NCBI GenBank assembly: GCA_022844165.1
Contig: JALHMH010000048.1
Coordinates: 1 to 29,628 of the forward strand
Direction: 5' to 3'
DNA: 29,628 nucleotides
Source of the DNA: Lysobacterales bacterium
Lineage (GTDB): Bacteria > Pseudomonadota > Gammaproteobacteria > Xanthomonadales > SZUA-5
A program made the position numbers and the translations under genes. The first letter of the stretch is position 1. Each line of letters starts with the position of its first letter. The notes beneath the pieces are model-generated. The model saw nothing but the letters and a program-made list of their open reading frames with translations, was not told where the DNA came from and made no database searches. Positions 8,375-18,322 of this stretch are shown in pieces.

Positions 8375-8842
8375 TCAGCCCGTGCCGATCAACATTGCAA
8401 GTGTTTCAGCAACGATAGCGGGCTTGCTTTGGCCTTCGACTTCGACCGTATTGGTGATCTTGACGATCTTGCGTCCGCCACCCTGATCGGTCACTTCAGT
8501 CAGCACCGCGCGATTGCGAATACGCGCGCCGACGGGCACCGGAGCAGGGAAGCGCGCACGATCGATGCCATAGTTCAGCGCCGCCGCACAATCGTCGGGG
8601 ATGGCGCCGATCTGCGTCATCATGCCTGCCACCATCGATAAGCTCATGAACGCGTGCGCAATCGGGCCGCCGTAGGGGCTTTCGCGTTTGGCACGCTCGA
8701 CATCGACATGAATCCACTGCCGGTCGCCGGTGGTCTCGGCAAACTGGTCGACCATTTTTTGCGTGATGGTGATCCATTCGGACACGCCGAGTTCTTTGCC
8801 GACGAATTCATGCAGCGTGTGGAAACTGTATGTGGGTTTCAT
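8375..8842 (-). CDS. MaoC-family (R)-specific enoyl-CoA hydratase/dehydratase
   Basis: FAETTGDRQWIHVD hydratase-2 motif, GGPIAH, NYGIDRARFPAPV. Real start ATG 8842; the longer ORF reads through the upstream repeat. Confidence 0.9.
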   Translation of the reverse strand: MKPTYSFHTLHEFVGKELGVSEWITITQKMVDQFAETTGDRQWIHVDVERAKRESPYGGPIAHAFMSLSMVAGMMTQIGAIPDDCAAALNYGIDRARFPAPVPVGARIRNRAVLTEVTDQGGGRKIVKITNTVEVEGQSKPAIVAETLAMLIGTG

Positions 8843-8906
8843 GGATGCAGGCAGATCGCAGGTTGGAGCCGATGGCGGCCGATTGTTGCATCTATTCGCT
8901 TCGTAC

Positions 8907-8930
8907 AAAAGGCGCCCGAAGGCGCCTTTT
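8907..8930 (-). terminator. Intrinsic (bidirectional) terminator
   Basis: AAAA-GGCGCC-TTCG-GGCGCC-TTTT on the minus strand, 30 nt after the stop of the 555-aa gene. Confidence 0.8.
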
Positions 8931-8960
8931 GATGTCCGATGTTGTCGCCCAATCGAGCGA

Positions 8961-10628
8961 CTATTCGTGCTGCGGTTCGTTGCGGTCGAACTGAGGCTCG
9001 TCACGCGACTCTTCCCGTTCGAAGCGCGGTTCTTCGCGGGGTTCGAAGCGTGGTTCTTCGCGGGGCTCGAAGCGCGGTTCTTCGCGGGGTTCGAAGCGCG
9101 GTTCTTCGCGGGGTTCGAAGCGTGGCTCTTCGCGGGGTTCGAAGCGCGGTTCTTCGCGTGGCTCGAAGCGCGGTTCTTCGCGAATCTCGTAACGCGGCTC
9201 CTCACGTGGTTCGAAACGGGGCTCTTCACGGGGTTCAAAGCGTGGTTCGTCGCGAATCTCGTAGCGCGGTTCGTCGCGCGCCTCGAAACGCGGCTGCTCG
9301 TACACGGGTTCGTCGCGCGCCTCGAAACGCGGTTGTTCGTACGGAACTACTGCCGGTTGTTCAAAACTTGGCTCCGCGGGTTGCTCGAAACGCGGGTTCT
9401 CATACGCCGGTTCGCCGCGCAGGCTATCGGTCTGCGACGGTAACTCGCGTATCGGATCGACCGGCGGCAGCGTCGTCGCCGTGCCTTCGTTCGACGGAAC
9501 CTGCCATTCGCGGCCGCGCTGGAAATTCTCGTTCGGGGACGCAACGGTTCCGCCGACAACTTCCGGCATGCTCATGGTCGGCGCATCGCCGACCACAGCT
9601 GGTGCGGTGTCGGATTTGCCATCGCCGATGCCGCCGCGTCCGCTGGGGTTGGGCTGTGCGCCAAAGCCATAGCTGCCATCCGGGAACGGCGCGTTGAAGC
9701 CGGGGACGGGCGCCCCAGCGCCGGGCACAGCAACTTGCTGCGCACGTGCATCGACGACCGTGCCGGCTGCTACCGAGGGCAGGCCAAAGTCACGCCCACG
9801 AGCGGCGGGCTGCGGCACGCCAGCCGTCGCCAGATCACGCGCTTCCCAGTACGCAGTGGTGGCAACTGCGCGCGGGCTGACATAGGCCGGCGGTGCGGCG
9901 GAAATCGCCGGCAGGCCGATGGTATTGATCAACTCGCGGCGATAGTACGGATTACGCTCGATATAGACGTTGTAGTTGCGCACTCGCGTCACCCACACGG
10001 TGCTGAAGGTGTTGCAATGGCGATAGTAGGCTGGAGACGAGAAGTACGGCTCCCAGCCCCACACCGTCGAATACGCAGTGTCGTAGGTGTAGTAGTCGCG
10101 ACGACGGCGGTCTTCCCAATGGTCGACGAAATAGTCGTACTCATCGAGGTACCAGTAGCCGCGGTCAAAGTGATAGAAGTCGAAGAAGTACAGCAGATCG
10201 GCCGTCCAGCGAGTCAGCGGTCCGAGCGAATACACCGTGCCGCGGTATGGATCGGCGGTATAGACGATGCCGAACCGATCCACACTGTAGGCCCAACCCG
10301 TCGTCGGATCGAGGAACCAGACATCGCCGCGAGAGTACGTGTAAACCACGCGATGGCGCGGTGCCGATCGCCATTGCCAGCGCGGATCGAAGCGGCGGTG
10401 ATAGACGCGCACGGCCCCGCGAGGTGCCCGGTCCCAGCGTGCGTTACGCACCGGCGTGGCGACACGGATCTGCTGGCGCCAGCCGCCCTGGTACGTTGGT
10501 GCAAGCAGCGCGGCCTGCTGCGCTGCCAGCGCCGAAGCGTGCGGTCGTGCATCAATCGGCGATGCGATCACGGCGCCGATGGCGAATGTCAAAGTCGAGA
10601 GCGAAACACCTAACCAACCCTGGCGCAT
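8961..10628 (-). CDS. Secreted hypothetical protein with aromatic-rich N-domain and C-terminal EEPRFEPR repeats
   Basis: GAGGA RBS, hydrophobic signal peptide, Tyr/Trp/Arg-rich region, Pro/Ala/Gly linker, tandem octapeptides and a downstream terminator. Confidence 0.8.
   Translation of the reverse strand: MRQGWLGVSLSTLTFAIGAVIASPIDARPHASALAAQQAALLAPTYQGGWRQQIRVATPVRNARWDRAPRGAVRVYHRRFDPRWQWRSAPRHRVVYTYSRGDVWFLDPTTGWAYSVDRFGIVYTADPYRGTVYSLGPLTRWTADLLYFFDFYHFDRGYWYLDEYDYFVDHWEDRRRRDYYTYDTAYSTVWGWEPYFSSPAYYRHCNTFSTVWVTRVRNYNVYIERNPYYRRELINTIGLPAISAAPPAYVSPRAVATTAYWEARDLATAGVPQPAARGRDFGLPSVAAGTVVDARAQQVAVPGAGAPVPGFNAPFPDGSYGFGAQPNPSGRGGIGDGKSDTAPAVVGDAPTMSMPEVVGGTVASPNENFQRGREWQVPSNEGTATTLPPVDPIRELPSQTDSLRGEPAYENPRFEQPAEPSFEQPAVVPYEQPRFEARDEPVYEQPRFEARDEPRYEIRDEPRFEPREEPRFEPREEPRYEIREEPRFEPREEPRFEPREEPRFEPREEPRFEPREEPRFEPREEPRFEPREEPRFEREESRDEPQFDRNEPQHE
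9011..9330 (-). repeat. Coding 24-bp tandem repeat (about 11-12 units plus degenerate ones)
   Basis: GTTCGAAGCGCGGTTCTTCGCGGG-type units at 24-nt spacing. Variation is largely synonymous in the EEPRFEPR frame. Confidence 0.92.
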
Positions 10629-10794
10629 ACGGTCCTCTTGTATCGCGCCGAAGTGCTCGACATGAGCATTTAGGAGTCGGCGCGCGTTAGAGAAAATGTT
10701 GCGCTTGCATTTCTGAAGGCCCGCCTAATTTTCCGGCGACGCAAACGGGGGTTCAGAATCGGTTGCGGGTTGCCGGGCGCGGCAGCCGCCAGGC

Positions 10795-13608
10795 TCAAGT
10801 TGGATCGTAGACCTCAACGCGGTCACGTCCGTCGTTTTTGGCGCGGTAGAGCGCCAGGTCGGCGAACTCGATCAGTTGCTCCGAGGTCTGCGCAAGGCTG
10901 GCAATGCGTTCTGCCACACCGATCGAGACCGTGCTGGCAGAACCTTGGCGATCGGTAAAACGCAGATCGCGGCAGATCGCGTTGGCACGCTCTGTCGCTG
11001 CACTCATCGCCGTATTGGGCAGCAGCATCAAGAATTCCTCGCCACCATATCGCGCCAGGGTATCGCCGGGCACTACCCAGCCTTTGAGGCGGTCGGCGAG
11101 TGTCTGCAATCGCTCGTCGCCGAGCAGATGGCCATGGGTGTCGTTGTATTGTTTGAAGTGATCCACGTCAATCATCAGTAGCGCCAGCGGCCCGTGGCTC
11201 TCGATGGCTGCCTGCCAGCTCTCCTGCATCGCGGCTTCCAGTTTGCGCCGATTGGCGACGCCTGTCAGTCCGTCGATATCGGCGAGCGCAGTCAGGCGCT
11301 GATTGGCTGATTCCAATTCCATGGATCGTTGCGCGAGCGCTTGCGTACGCTCTTCGACCATCGCCTGCAATTCGGCGTTCCTAAAGCGCAGCGACTTGGC
11401 TCGCCAGAGATACAGCAGCCACGGCAATAGGATCAGTGCCGCCAGGAGGATCATGCCGTTGACCATCAATGCCCGCCAGTCGCGGGCAACTGCGAATGGC
11501 AGCGCCGCAACCGTGCTGTAACGGCCGGCGGTGTCGATGGCTCGTAGCTCAAGTTCGTAGTTTCCGGCCGACAGCGCGAGTTCTCGCACGGCGGGCGCCG
11601 GTGCATCGAACCAGGTGCTCTCAGAATCGAGCCGCGTCTGGTAGCGAAGGCTGCCGCCCAAGAATGGCGATGCAAAGTGGATGCGCACTCGGTGCCCGGC
11701 AGGCACCAGTATGGGTCCGGCAATCGCTGCGAGCGATGTTTGACCGCCCGGTGAAACAAACTCCACTTGTTCGATTCGCGGCGCTGGGAGTGCCGGCAAA
11801 CTGCCGCCGTGCGTCGTGTCGAAACGCGCCAGGCTCGACCAAGTGACGGCCAGCAACTGGCCTTGACCACAGGCCACGGCGAAAACGCCCGGCGAGCGCC
11901 CTTGCATCGGGTGCAGTTCGCGCCACTCGGTTTGGCGATTTGCTTGCCAGAGCAGCCTGCGCGCCGTGGATGCCAGTCGGTCGCCATTTTCACAACGACT
12001 AGTTTTCAGTTCGGCGGATGGCGCGATCCCGGCTTCGATCCAGGGATGCTCGGATACCGGAATGGCCCGGTCGCCCTGGAAGCGATACAGGGCATGGTCG
12101 GTACTGACGTAGGCATCCTGCGAATCGGCCGATACGGAGCCATTCCGCAACGGCTCGGAACCTTTCAGGTCAGTCGGCCCGGTCAAGCGTTGATTGCGGT
12201 CGAGCACAAATCGCAGTGGCGCACTCAAGAGGCGATCCACGTAAACATCATCTCCAGATTCGACGAGTTCGCTGAAGCGAAAACTGGGATCCAGGATGCG
12301 CTGGCTCTCGTGCAAAATGCCATTTTGGACATCGAACACCAACAGGCCCTGGTCCTCGATTGCATAGATCCGGTTCTCAACGCGCTCTGAAGCGATCAGC
12401 GCCAGAACATTGAGGTCTTCTGTCAACGCCACCAGCTGGCCGTCCGCAGACAGCAGGTGCAAGCCGCTGCGAGCGCCGATCACCAGACCGACTGGACTGA
12501 CTAACAGACTGTTGACCTCAATATTGGCAAAGCCGGCCATTTCGAAGCGGGCCTGTTCGTCGGCGGCTCCTGCAGAAACATATAGCCCGGTGGTCGTCGC
12601 CACAAACAGCCGATCGTTCCACACTGCGGCGTGTGTCGGCGGTCCTCCACTGAGACCGTTGCGAGCGTCAATCTCCGTCCATGCCGCATCCAGGGACACG
12701 CGCAACAGGCCCAACTCGCTGGCAACCCAAAGGCCGTTTTCGGCGTCCGCCGCCAGTGCAATCACCGGCGAGCCCGCATTCGTGAGCACTCGATGCTGGC
12801 CAGATTCCGGGTCGAATCGATAGACATCGCCAGCCAGCGTGCCGATGGCCACATCGCCATCCGGCAGCGCCGCAGCGACGTATGCAGACACCTCGCCGAG
12901 ATGCGCGTGCGGCGTTGCGACAGGCGTCGCCGCTGATTTGCCGACGCGCAACAACTCTCCGGATTCTGCCACCAGCCACTGGTCCTGGCGAAGGGTGACG
13001 ATGGCACGAATTCGCAGGTCAGGGGCAAGCCAGTCGCTCCACTCGTCATGCAAACGCAGGATGCGTTTGTCTCGGAGTACGACGATCGGGCTGCCATCGA
13101 TATCGGCGTGCATCGATTGCAATTCGCCGGGCACGTGAAAACTTCGATGTTCGTTGCCGAAGTCGTAGTAAAAAACCCTGCTGCGAGTGGCGAAGTAGAC
13201 ACCACGGGTCGTGGCCAGCGTATCCCAGACTTCGCCCATCGGTGCGCCGGTGTCGTCGGCGATGAAGTTGCGATCCAGGCGTTGAAAAACATATCGACCA
13301 TCCGCCTGGCGATTGAGTACGCCGAACAGGTGATAGCCGCCAACATAAACCTCACCGTTCTTGCCCGGCGCAAGCGAATAGGCGCTGCTACCGACCTCGA
13401 TCAACTGCCACCGCTGACCGAAGTGGCGCAGCACGCCGTCGTAGTTCGCCACAAAAATCTCGCCATTGGGGCGTGGCAGAACAGCGAAGCTATAGGGCTG
13501 AGTCCCGGTTTCGAGTGGCGAGTATCGTTGTGTGATGGGTTGCCCCAGCTGCCCGGCAAATACGGTGTGGGCCAGCAGCAGGGCAAGCAAAGATACGAAG
13601 CGTGCCAT
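10795..13608 (-). CDS. Membrane sensor diguanylate cyclase (beta-propeller periplasmic region, Y_Y_Y-like domain, TM helix, GGDEF domain)
   Basis: Signal peptide, DAENGLWV-type propeller motifs, GNYELELRA, TM helix, DGLTGVANRR, IDVDHFKQYNDTHGHLLGD, ARYGGEEF, ADLALYRAK. Confidence 0.92.
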   Translation of the reverse strand: MARFVSLLALLLAHTVFAGQLGQPITQRYSPLETGTQPYSFAVLPRPNGEIFVANYDGVLRHFGQRWQLIEVGSSAYSLAPGKNGEVYVGGYHLFGVLNRQADGRYVFQRLDRNFIADDTGAPMGEVWDTLATTRGVYFATRSRVFYYDFGNEHRSFHVPGELQSMHADIDGSPIVVLRDKRILRLHDEWSDWLAPDLRIRAIVTLRQDQWLVAESGELLRVGKSAATPVATPHAHLGEVSAYVAAALPDGDVAIGTLAGDVYRFDPESGQHRVLTNAGSPVIALAADAENGLWVASELGLLRVSLDAAWTEIDARNGLSGGPPTHAAVWNDRLFVATTTGLYVSAGAADEQARFEMAGFANIEVNSLLVSPVGLVIGARSGLHLLSADGQLVALTEDLNVLALIASERVENRIYAIEDQGLLVFDVQNGILHESQRILDPSFRFSELVESGDDVYVDRLLSAPLRFVLDRNQRLTGPTDLKGSEPLRNGSVSADSQDAYVSTDHALYRFQGDRAIPVSEHPWIEAGIAPSAELKTSRCENGDRLASTARRLLWQANRQTEWRELHPMQGRSPGVFAVACGQGQLLAVTWSSLARFDTTHGGSLPALPAPRIEQVEFVSPGGQTSLAAIAGPILVPAGHRVRIHFASPFLGGSLRYQTRLDSESTWFDAPAPAVRELALSAGNYELELRAIDTAGRYSTVAALPFAVARDWRALMVNGMILLAALILLPWLLYLWRAKSLRFRNAELQAMVEERTQALAQRSMELESANQRLTALADIDGLTGVANRRKLEAAMQESWQAAIESHGPLALLMIDVDHFKQYNDTHGHLLGDERLQTLADRLKGWVVPGDTLARYGGEEFLMLLPNTAMSAATERANAICRDLRFTDRQGSASTVSIGVAERIASLAQTSEQLIEFADLALYRAKNDGRDRVEVYDPT

Positions 13609-13865
13609 AACCGTCTCGACGAGTGCCGGCAGACTATGGCACATCTACGCGCCGCGTTTTGCGCCGACAGGCGTCCGAGCAAAATCTGATCTGCTCCCAG
13701 ACCTTTTCCCAGCGCTTACGCCAGATCATCGGTTTGCCGCACGCCGCGCAGAGTTTCTGCGGAAGGTGGCTTTTCTTGACGCCCCTGGGCATGACCAACT
13801 CCCAATTCCCGATTGTGCGAATTTTTGTCTAATGGGCAACGACGGACGACTTTTCGGCCAGATGC

Positions 13866-13892
13866 TGTCCGCTGGAGGATCGCCCGGTCGTC
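13866..13892 (+). promoter_or_regulatory. Candidate ECF (ECF41/42-like) autoregulatory promoter
   Basis: TGTCCG-N17-CGTC upstream of the YciI-sigma operon, similar to the TGTC.../CGTC consensus of these ECF groups. Confidence 0.4.
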
Positions 13893-13935
13893 TATACGAT
13901 GTTGGAATCACCCAACGCATGAAGGAGCGACAAAC

Positions 13936-14292
13936 ATGCAATACCTGTTGGCCATTTATGAAGACGAACGTGCCTATAGCGGCGGTCCAGAATCCGAAGC
14001 CTGGCAGAACATTCTAAACGCCCACAACCAAATCGCAGGAGAAATGGCGCAGGCGGGCATTTTGCGCGGTGGGGCGGGGCTTGAGCCAACGCATACTGCA
14101 ACCACTGTTCGCACGCGCGGCGGCAGTCAACAACTGCACGATGGCCCCTACACGGAAGTACGCGAACAGCTGGGTGGTTTTTATCTGATCGATGTGCCAT
14201 CGCTGGATGCGGCAATCGCCTGGGCCCGACGCATACCGCTGCACGGCGATGGAGCCGTCGAGGTTCGCCCAACGCTGCCGGATACCGAGTAG
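13936..14292 (+). CDS. YciI/DGPF-family protein
   Basis: AAGGAG RBS; MQYLLAIY, ATTVR, HDGPYTEVREQLGGFYLID, AVEVRP. Confidence 0.92.
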   Translation: MQYLLAIYEDERAYSGGPESEAWQNILNAHNQIAGEMAQAGILRGGAGLEPTHTATTVRTRGGSQQLHDGPYTEVREQLGGFYLIDVPSLDAAIAWARRIPLHGDGAVEVRPTLPDTE

Positions 14293-14296
14293 TCCG

Positions 14297-15472
14297 GTGA
14301 GTGACTGGGATGCGCTGTGGCGCAGCCACGCGGCGAGCTTGCTCGCCGCGTTGGTCCAGCGACTTAAGAACCTGGATGTGGCCGAGGAGGCGTTGCAGCA
14401 TGCGCTCGAAAAGGCTGTACGCCGCTGGCCTGGAGATGGCTGGCCTGGCGATCCCGCGGCCTGGTTGTATCGCTGCGCGTGGAACTTCGCGCTCGATCAA
14501 CGCAAGCATGCCGTCCATATTGCCGCGCATGCGGCCGTGGTGCCCCTGGAGGAGGAGATCGGACCCAGTCTTGAGGAGCGACTGGCGATGTTTTTCCTCT
14601 GCGCCCATCCTGCGCTGGGTGTCGATACGCAGGCGATGCTCATGCTGCGCTTTGCAGCCGGATTGCCGATGGCCGATATCGCACGTTGGTATTACTCTGA
14701 TGTTGCCACGGTTTCCAAACGTCTGCAGCGCGCCAAACAAAAAATCGAAAAGACACGCATCGAGTTTGAGCTCCCGGCCATCGATACCTGGCGCGAGCGA
14801 CTACCTCCCGTGTTGAGCGCGATCGAAGTGCTTTACGACCGCAGTTATGCCGATGTCGGCGGCGACACGTCGGTTCGCGCCTATGGGCGTGATGCTGAAC
14901 AACTGGCGCTGTCGTTAGCGGCGCTCATGCCCGGCGAAGCGGCGACACTCGGATTGGCCAGTCTGATCGTCTTCGCCGAGAGTCGCCGCAACGCGCGTCT
15001 TGATCCACATGGCGTCATCGTGCCGCTCGACCGGCAGAACCCGCAGGATTGGGACGGCGTGCGTATTCAACTCGCGGCTGAGTTGTTGGTGCGCGGTGCT
15101 GCACTTCAGGCCAAAGACGCGTACGTCGTGCGTGCTGCGATTTCTGGCGCGCACGCTGAGCGCCGACGCAGCGGCAGCACGCCCTGGCGCAAGATCGCTC
15201 CTCTTTACGAGTTGTTGTACGCAATGACCGGACATCCGCAGGCGCGTTGGCATCAGTTGTTGGCTATGGCGCACGCCGGGCAACCCCGCGAGGCTCTGCT
15301 GCAATGGCGGATGCTTCCCGCGACGCCGCACGAAGCCGCATTTCATTTGATCGCCGCTGAGCTCTATCGCCTCAATGACCAGTCACACGAGCGCAGGGCG
15401 CACTTGACCGCCGCTCTGCGTTTTCCGTTGGGGTCGGCGGAGCGCCATTGGGTCGCTGCCCAACTGGTTTGA
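14297..15472 (+). CDS. ECF42-type RNA polymerase sigma factor with C-terminal TPR-like extension
   Basis: AEEALQHA, WPGDGWPGDPAAWL, FLCAHPAL, RLQRAKQKI and ESRRNAR..VPLDRQN motifs. Follows a DGPF gene as is typical for ECF42. GTG start inferred. Confidence 0.88.
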   Translation: MSDWDALWRSHAASLLAALVQRLKNLDVAEEALQHALEKAVRRWPGDGWPGDPAAWLYRCAWNFALDQRKHAVHIAAHAAVVPLEEEIGPSLEERLAMFFLCAHPALGVDTQAMLMLRFAAGLPMADIARWYYSDVATVSKRLQRAKQKIEKTRIEFELPAIDTWRERLPPVLSAIEVLYDRSYADVGGDTSVRAYGRDAEQLALSLAALMPGEAATLGLASLIVFAESRRNARLDPHGVIVPLDRQNPQDWDGVRIQLAAELLVRGAALQAKDAYVVRAAISGAHAERRRSGSTPWRKIAPLYELLYAMTGHPQARWHQLLAMAHAGQPREALLQWRMLPATPHEAAFHLIAAELYRLNDQSHERRAHLTAALRFPLGSAERHWVAAQLV

Positions 15473-15572
15473 GACGCGCTGTACACAAAAGGGCTTGGCG
15501 CCATGCGCTGATCCCACCGCAATAGTAAACTGTGCCCTACGGGAAATGCGCCGCACCGGCCAGGGGATGATC

Positions 15573-16655
15573 ATGCTGCGAATAGTATTTGCGGTTTCGC
15601 TATTGATCGTTGCCGCCGACGCGTTGGCGCAGAAGGTCTACAAATGGGTGGACGAGCAGGGCCGGGTGCAGTACACCCAGAAGCCACCGCCCGAAGGTGT
15701 GGAATCGGATGTCAAAGAGGTTAAGACCACTGAGCTCAGCCCGTTGCGCAAGCGCTACTGCGCTGCCATCCGCGAAGCGGCCATTGAAACGGCGATGTTC
15801 AAATTGCGCGGCTATACGATGCGCTCGGTGTCCGAGGCAGTACGTGCGATGGAAGTCAGCCGAGGGCTCAACGTAGGCGAAGTGGCGCTTCGCGAACTGG
15901 TGAGTTTCGTCTGGAATCAAGTTCGCCCAGGTGTGGACGTCAACGAAGTCGGCAACCGCGCTTTTGATGCGTGCGTCGGCGGGTCTTTTGGCACCTTGGG
16001 CGAGGGCAAAGTCGATTCGGCTGAGGCGGGCCCGCAGCAAAGAAAAGGACCCAGTAGCGGTACCGGATGGGTGGCGCATGGGCTGGTCGTGACCAACCAC
16101 CACGTGATCGAGGGCAGCCGCCGCATCCGCATCCGACTGGTTAATGGCGAAGAACGATCGGCAATGGTCCGTAGTCGCGATACCGAAAACGATGTCGCGG
16201 TATTGAGCGTCAATGGCTCTCTGCCGCCAGGATTGCCGATTGCCTCGGCGGAGGCGGGCGTCGGTGCTGAGGTGTTTACGTTGGGCTACCCACATATCGA
16301 CATTATGGGCAGCAATGCCAAGCTCACAACGGGCATCGTCAACTCGGCGACCGGCATGCAGGACGACCCGAGGATTTACCAGGTATCGGTTCCGGTGCAG
16401 GCTGGCAATAGCGGAGGCCCACTCCTGAATCGGCGCGGAGAGGTCGTAGGTCTGGTCACAGCGAAGCTGTCGGCAGCCAAGGTCTACCAATGGACGGGAG
16501 ATTTGCCGCAGAACGTGAATTACGCCGTCAAGATCCGATTTGCCAGGGCGTTACTCGGGGAACCGCGGGGCGAAACGCTACCTGCGGAAAGCGCCGACCT
16601 GGAACAACTCGCAGCGCGCGTTGGCCCCTCGGTGGTCATGGTCATCGCAGAGTAG
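15573..16655 (+). CDS. Secreted trypsin-like serine protease with N-terminal DUF4124 domain
   Basis: Signal peptide, VYKWVDEQGRVQYTQKPP (DUF4124), and catalytic triad motifs TNHHV, NDVAVL, GNSGGPL. Confidence 0.9.
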   Translation: MLRIVFAVSLLIVAADALAQKVYKWVDEQGRVQYTQKPPPEGVESDVKEVKTTELSPLRKRYCAAIREAAIETAMFKLRGYTMRSVSEAVRAMEVSRGLNVGEVALRELVSFVWNQVRPGVDVNEVGNRAFDACVGGSFGTLGEGKVDSAEAGPQQRKGPSSGTGWVAHGLVVTNHHVIEGSRRIRIRLVNGEERSAMVRSRDTENDVAVLSVNGSLPPGLPIASAEAGVGAEVFTLGYPHIDIMGSNAKLTTGIVNSATGMQDDPRIYQVSVPVQAGNSGGPLLNRRGEVVGLVTAKLSAAKVYQWTGDLPQNVNYAVKIRFARALLGEPRGETLPAESADLEQLAARVGPSVVMVIAE

Positions 16656-16659
16656 AGCC

Positions 16660-17901
16660 TCAGGCGTGCTGGCGTATGAACTCGCCTACTTGAGGGTACA
16701 CCACCTCGCGCCAACGGCGGCCGCTGAAGATGCCGTAGTGGCCGGCGCCCTGCACGGTGAGGTGGCGTTTTCGTTTTGAGTCAAGGCCGGTCGTCAGGTC
16801 ATGTGCTGCCTGCGTTTGGCCCAAGCCGGAGATGTCGTCCAGTTCGCCTTCAATGGTGAAAATTGCGGTCTCTTCAATTGCTTCGGGCGCTACGCGGGCC
16901 CCGTGCACGTGCCACAACCCGCGTGGCAGCAGATGTTCCTGAAAGACAATACGGATCGTGTCGATGTAGTACTCGGCTGGCATATCGAGTACCGCGTTGT
17001 ATTCGTCATAGAACTTGCGATGTTCCTCAGCGTCCTCCAGATCGCCGCGCAATAAATCCTGATAAAAATCCCAGTGCGACGAGAAATGGCGCGACGGATT
17101 CATGGCGATGAATCCAGCGTGTTGCAGGAAGCCAGGATAGACGCGACGGCGGTGACCAGGATAGTTGCGGGGCACGTCGTGAATCACTGTGCTCTGAAAC
17201 CACGACAAAGGTTTGGTTGTGGCCAGATCGTTGACTTTGGTCGGGCTCTTGCGTGTATCAATCGGCCCGCCCATCAACGTCAGAGAGCGCGGCGTCACTT
17301 CGCGCGCCGAAGCCATCAGCGAAATCGCTGCCAGGACGGGCACCGTGGGCTGACAAACACTGATCACGTGCAGGTCTTTTGCACCAATCAGCGACATGAA
17401 TTCGCGCAGGTAGTCGATGTAGTCGTCCAGATGGAACGGTCCCGCACTGGTTGGCACCATGCGCGCATCCACCCAATCCGTGATGTAAACCTTGTGATTC
17501 TTCAGCAGCGTACGAACCGTGTCGCGCAGCAGCGTGGCGTGATGGCCGGACAGCGGCGCGACCACCAGTACCACGGGATCGTCCTTCAACGCGGAAATCG
17601 TTGCCGGATCATCGGTGTAGCGCTTGAAGCGAAGCAGGCGGCAAAACGGCTTCTCCAGCGCAACCACTTCGACCACGGGAACCTTATGGCCATGGGCATC
17701 CACGCTGCGAATGCCAAAATCCGGTTTTTCGTAATCCTTGCCGATGCGATGGATCAGTTCGTACGCCGCCGCGATACGCGGCGCGCCCGGCAAACGCGAC
17801 AGGAAACTGGAAGGTTTGGAGTACATCTTGGCCGCAGCGTCCGAGAACGCGACGAACGGACTCATCAGCGATCGCTGAAACTCCTGCAGATGGTAGAGCA
17901 T
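16660..17901 (-). CDS. phaZ: Intracellular polyhydroxyalkanoate depolymerase
   Basis: VAPLSGHHATLLRDTV, VYITDW, SVCQP (catalytic Cys), MGGPID, EGELDDISG, GHYGIFSGRRW. Confidence 0.95.
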   Translation of the reverse strand: MLYHLQEFQRSLMSPFVAFSDAAAKMYSKPSSFLSRLPGAPRIAAAYELIHRIGKDYEKPDFGIRSVDAHGHKVPVVEVVALEKPFCRLLRFKRYTDDPATISALKDDPVVLVVAPLSGHHATLLRDTVRTLLKNHKVYITDWVDARMVPTSAGPFHLDDYIDYLREFMSLIGAKDLHVISVCQPTVPVLAAISLMASAREVTPRSLTLMGGPIDTRKSPTKVNDLATTKPLSWFQSTVIHDVPRNYPGHRRRVYPGFLQHAGFIAMNPSRHFSSHWDFYQDLLRGDLEDAEEHRKFYDEYNAVLDMPAEYYIDTIRIVFQEHLLPRGLWHVHGARVAPEAIEETAIFTIEGELDDISGLGQTQAAHDLTTGLDSKRKRHLTVQGAGHYGIFSGRRWREVVYPQVGEFIRQHA

Positions 17902-17984
17902 CGGTGTGCCAAATTGCGCGGTGTCCTATGTTGCAGCGCAACAGTTCGGATTGAAAGAGCCCGTGACAAAGATTTTGTGTTCAG

Positions 17985-18018
17985 GCGATGAAGCCCATCG
18001 CCAAAGGTCCGATCGACA
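17985..18018 (-). pseudogene. 34-bp sliver of a paralog of the ABC permease
   Basis: 31/34 identical to 26977-27010 (LSIGPLAMGFIA vs LSIGPVAIGFIA). Confidence 0.6.
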
Positions 18019-18285
18019 AGACCGAGACTTGGCGTCACCAGACCCGAGTCACACCGTACGCATCGAAGATGATCAGCGTCAGTCCGTGCCTTTGTGCTGA
18101 GCCGTTCAGGCTGTGCCATCGTGCCGCGCAGAAACCAGCCCCGAATGAGACAAGGTGGCGCGAGCGATAAGCGTGCAAAGGCGTTGACCCGGCCGATGTT
18201 CGATGGCGATGTCGGGTCGCTCGAAGGCATCGACCTTGCGATCGCGCATCTCGAACAGCTGCGGCTTGCGGACGTTGTGACGGAG

Positions 18286-18317
18286 GATTACCCTAGCGAT
18301 TCATTACCCTGGTAATC
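18286..18317 (+). promoter_or_regulatory. Probable TA operator palindrome
   Basis: ATTACC-CT-GGTAAT (18303-18316) plus an extra ATTACCCT half-site, just upstream of the antitoxin ATG. Confidence 0.55.
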
Positions 18318-18322
18318 GCAAC

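Noticed and set aside
8730-9697. Overlapping long ORFs with FFAGFEAR, SAVLRGVR or NRASNPAK repeats
   Set aside because: They are alternative frames of the 24-bp coding repeat. Only the EEPRFEPR frame has an RBS, signal peptide and synonymous-type variation.
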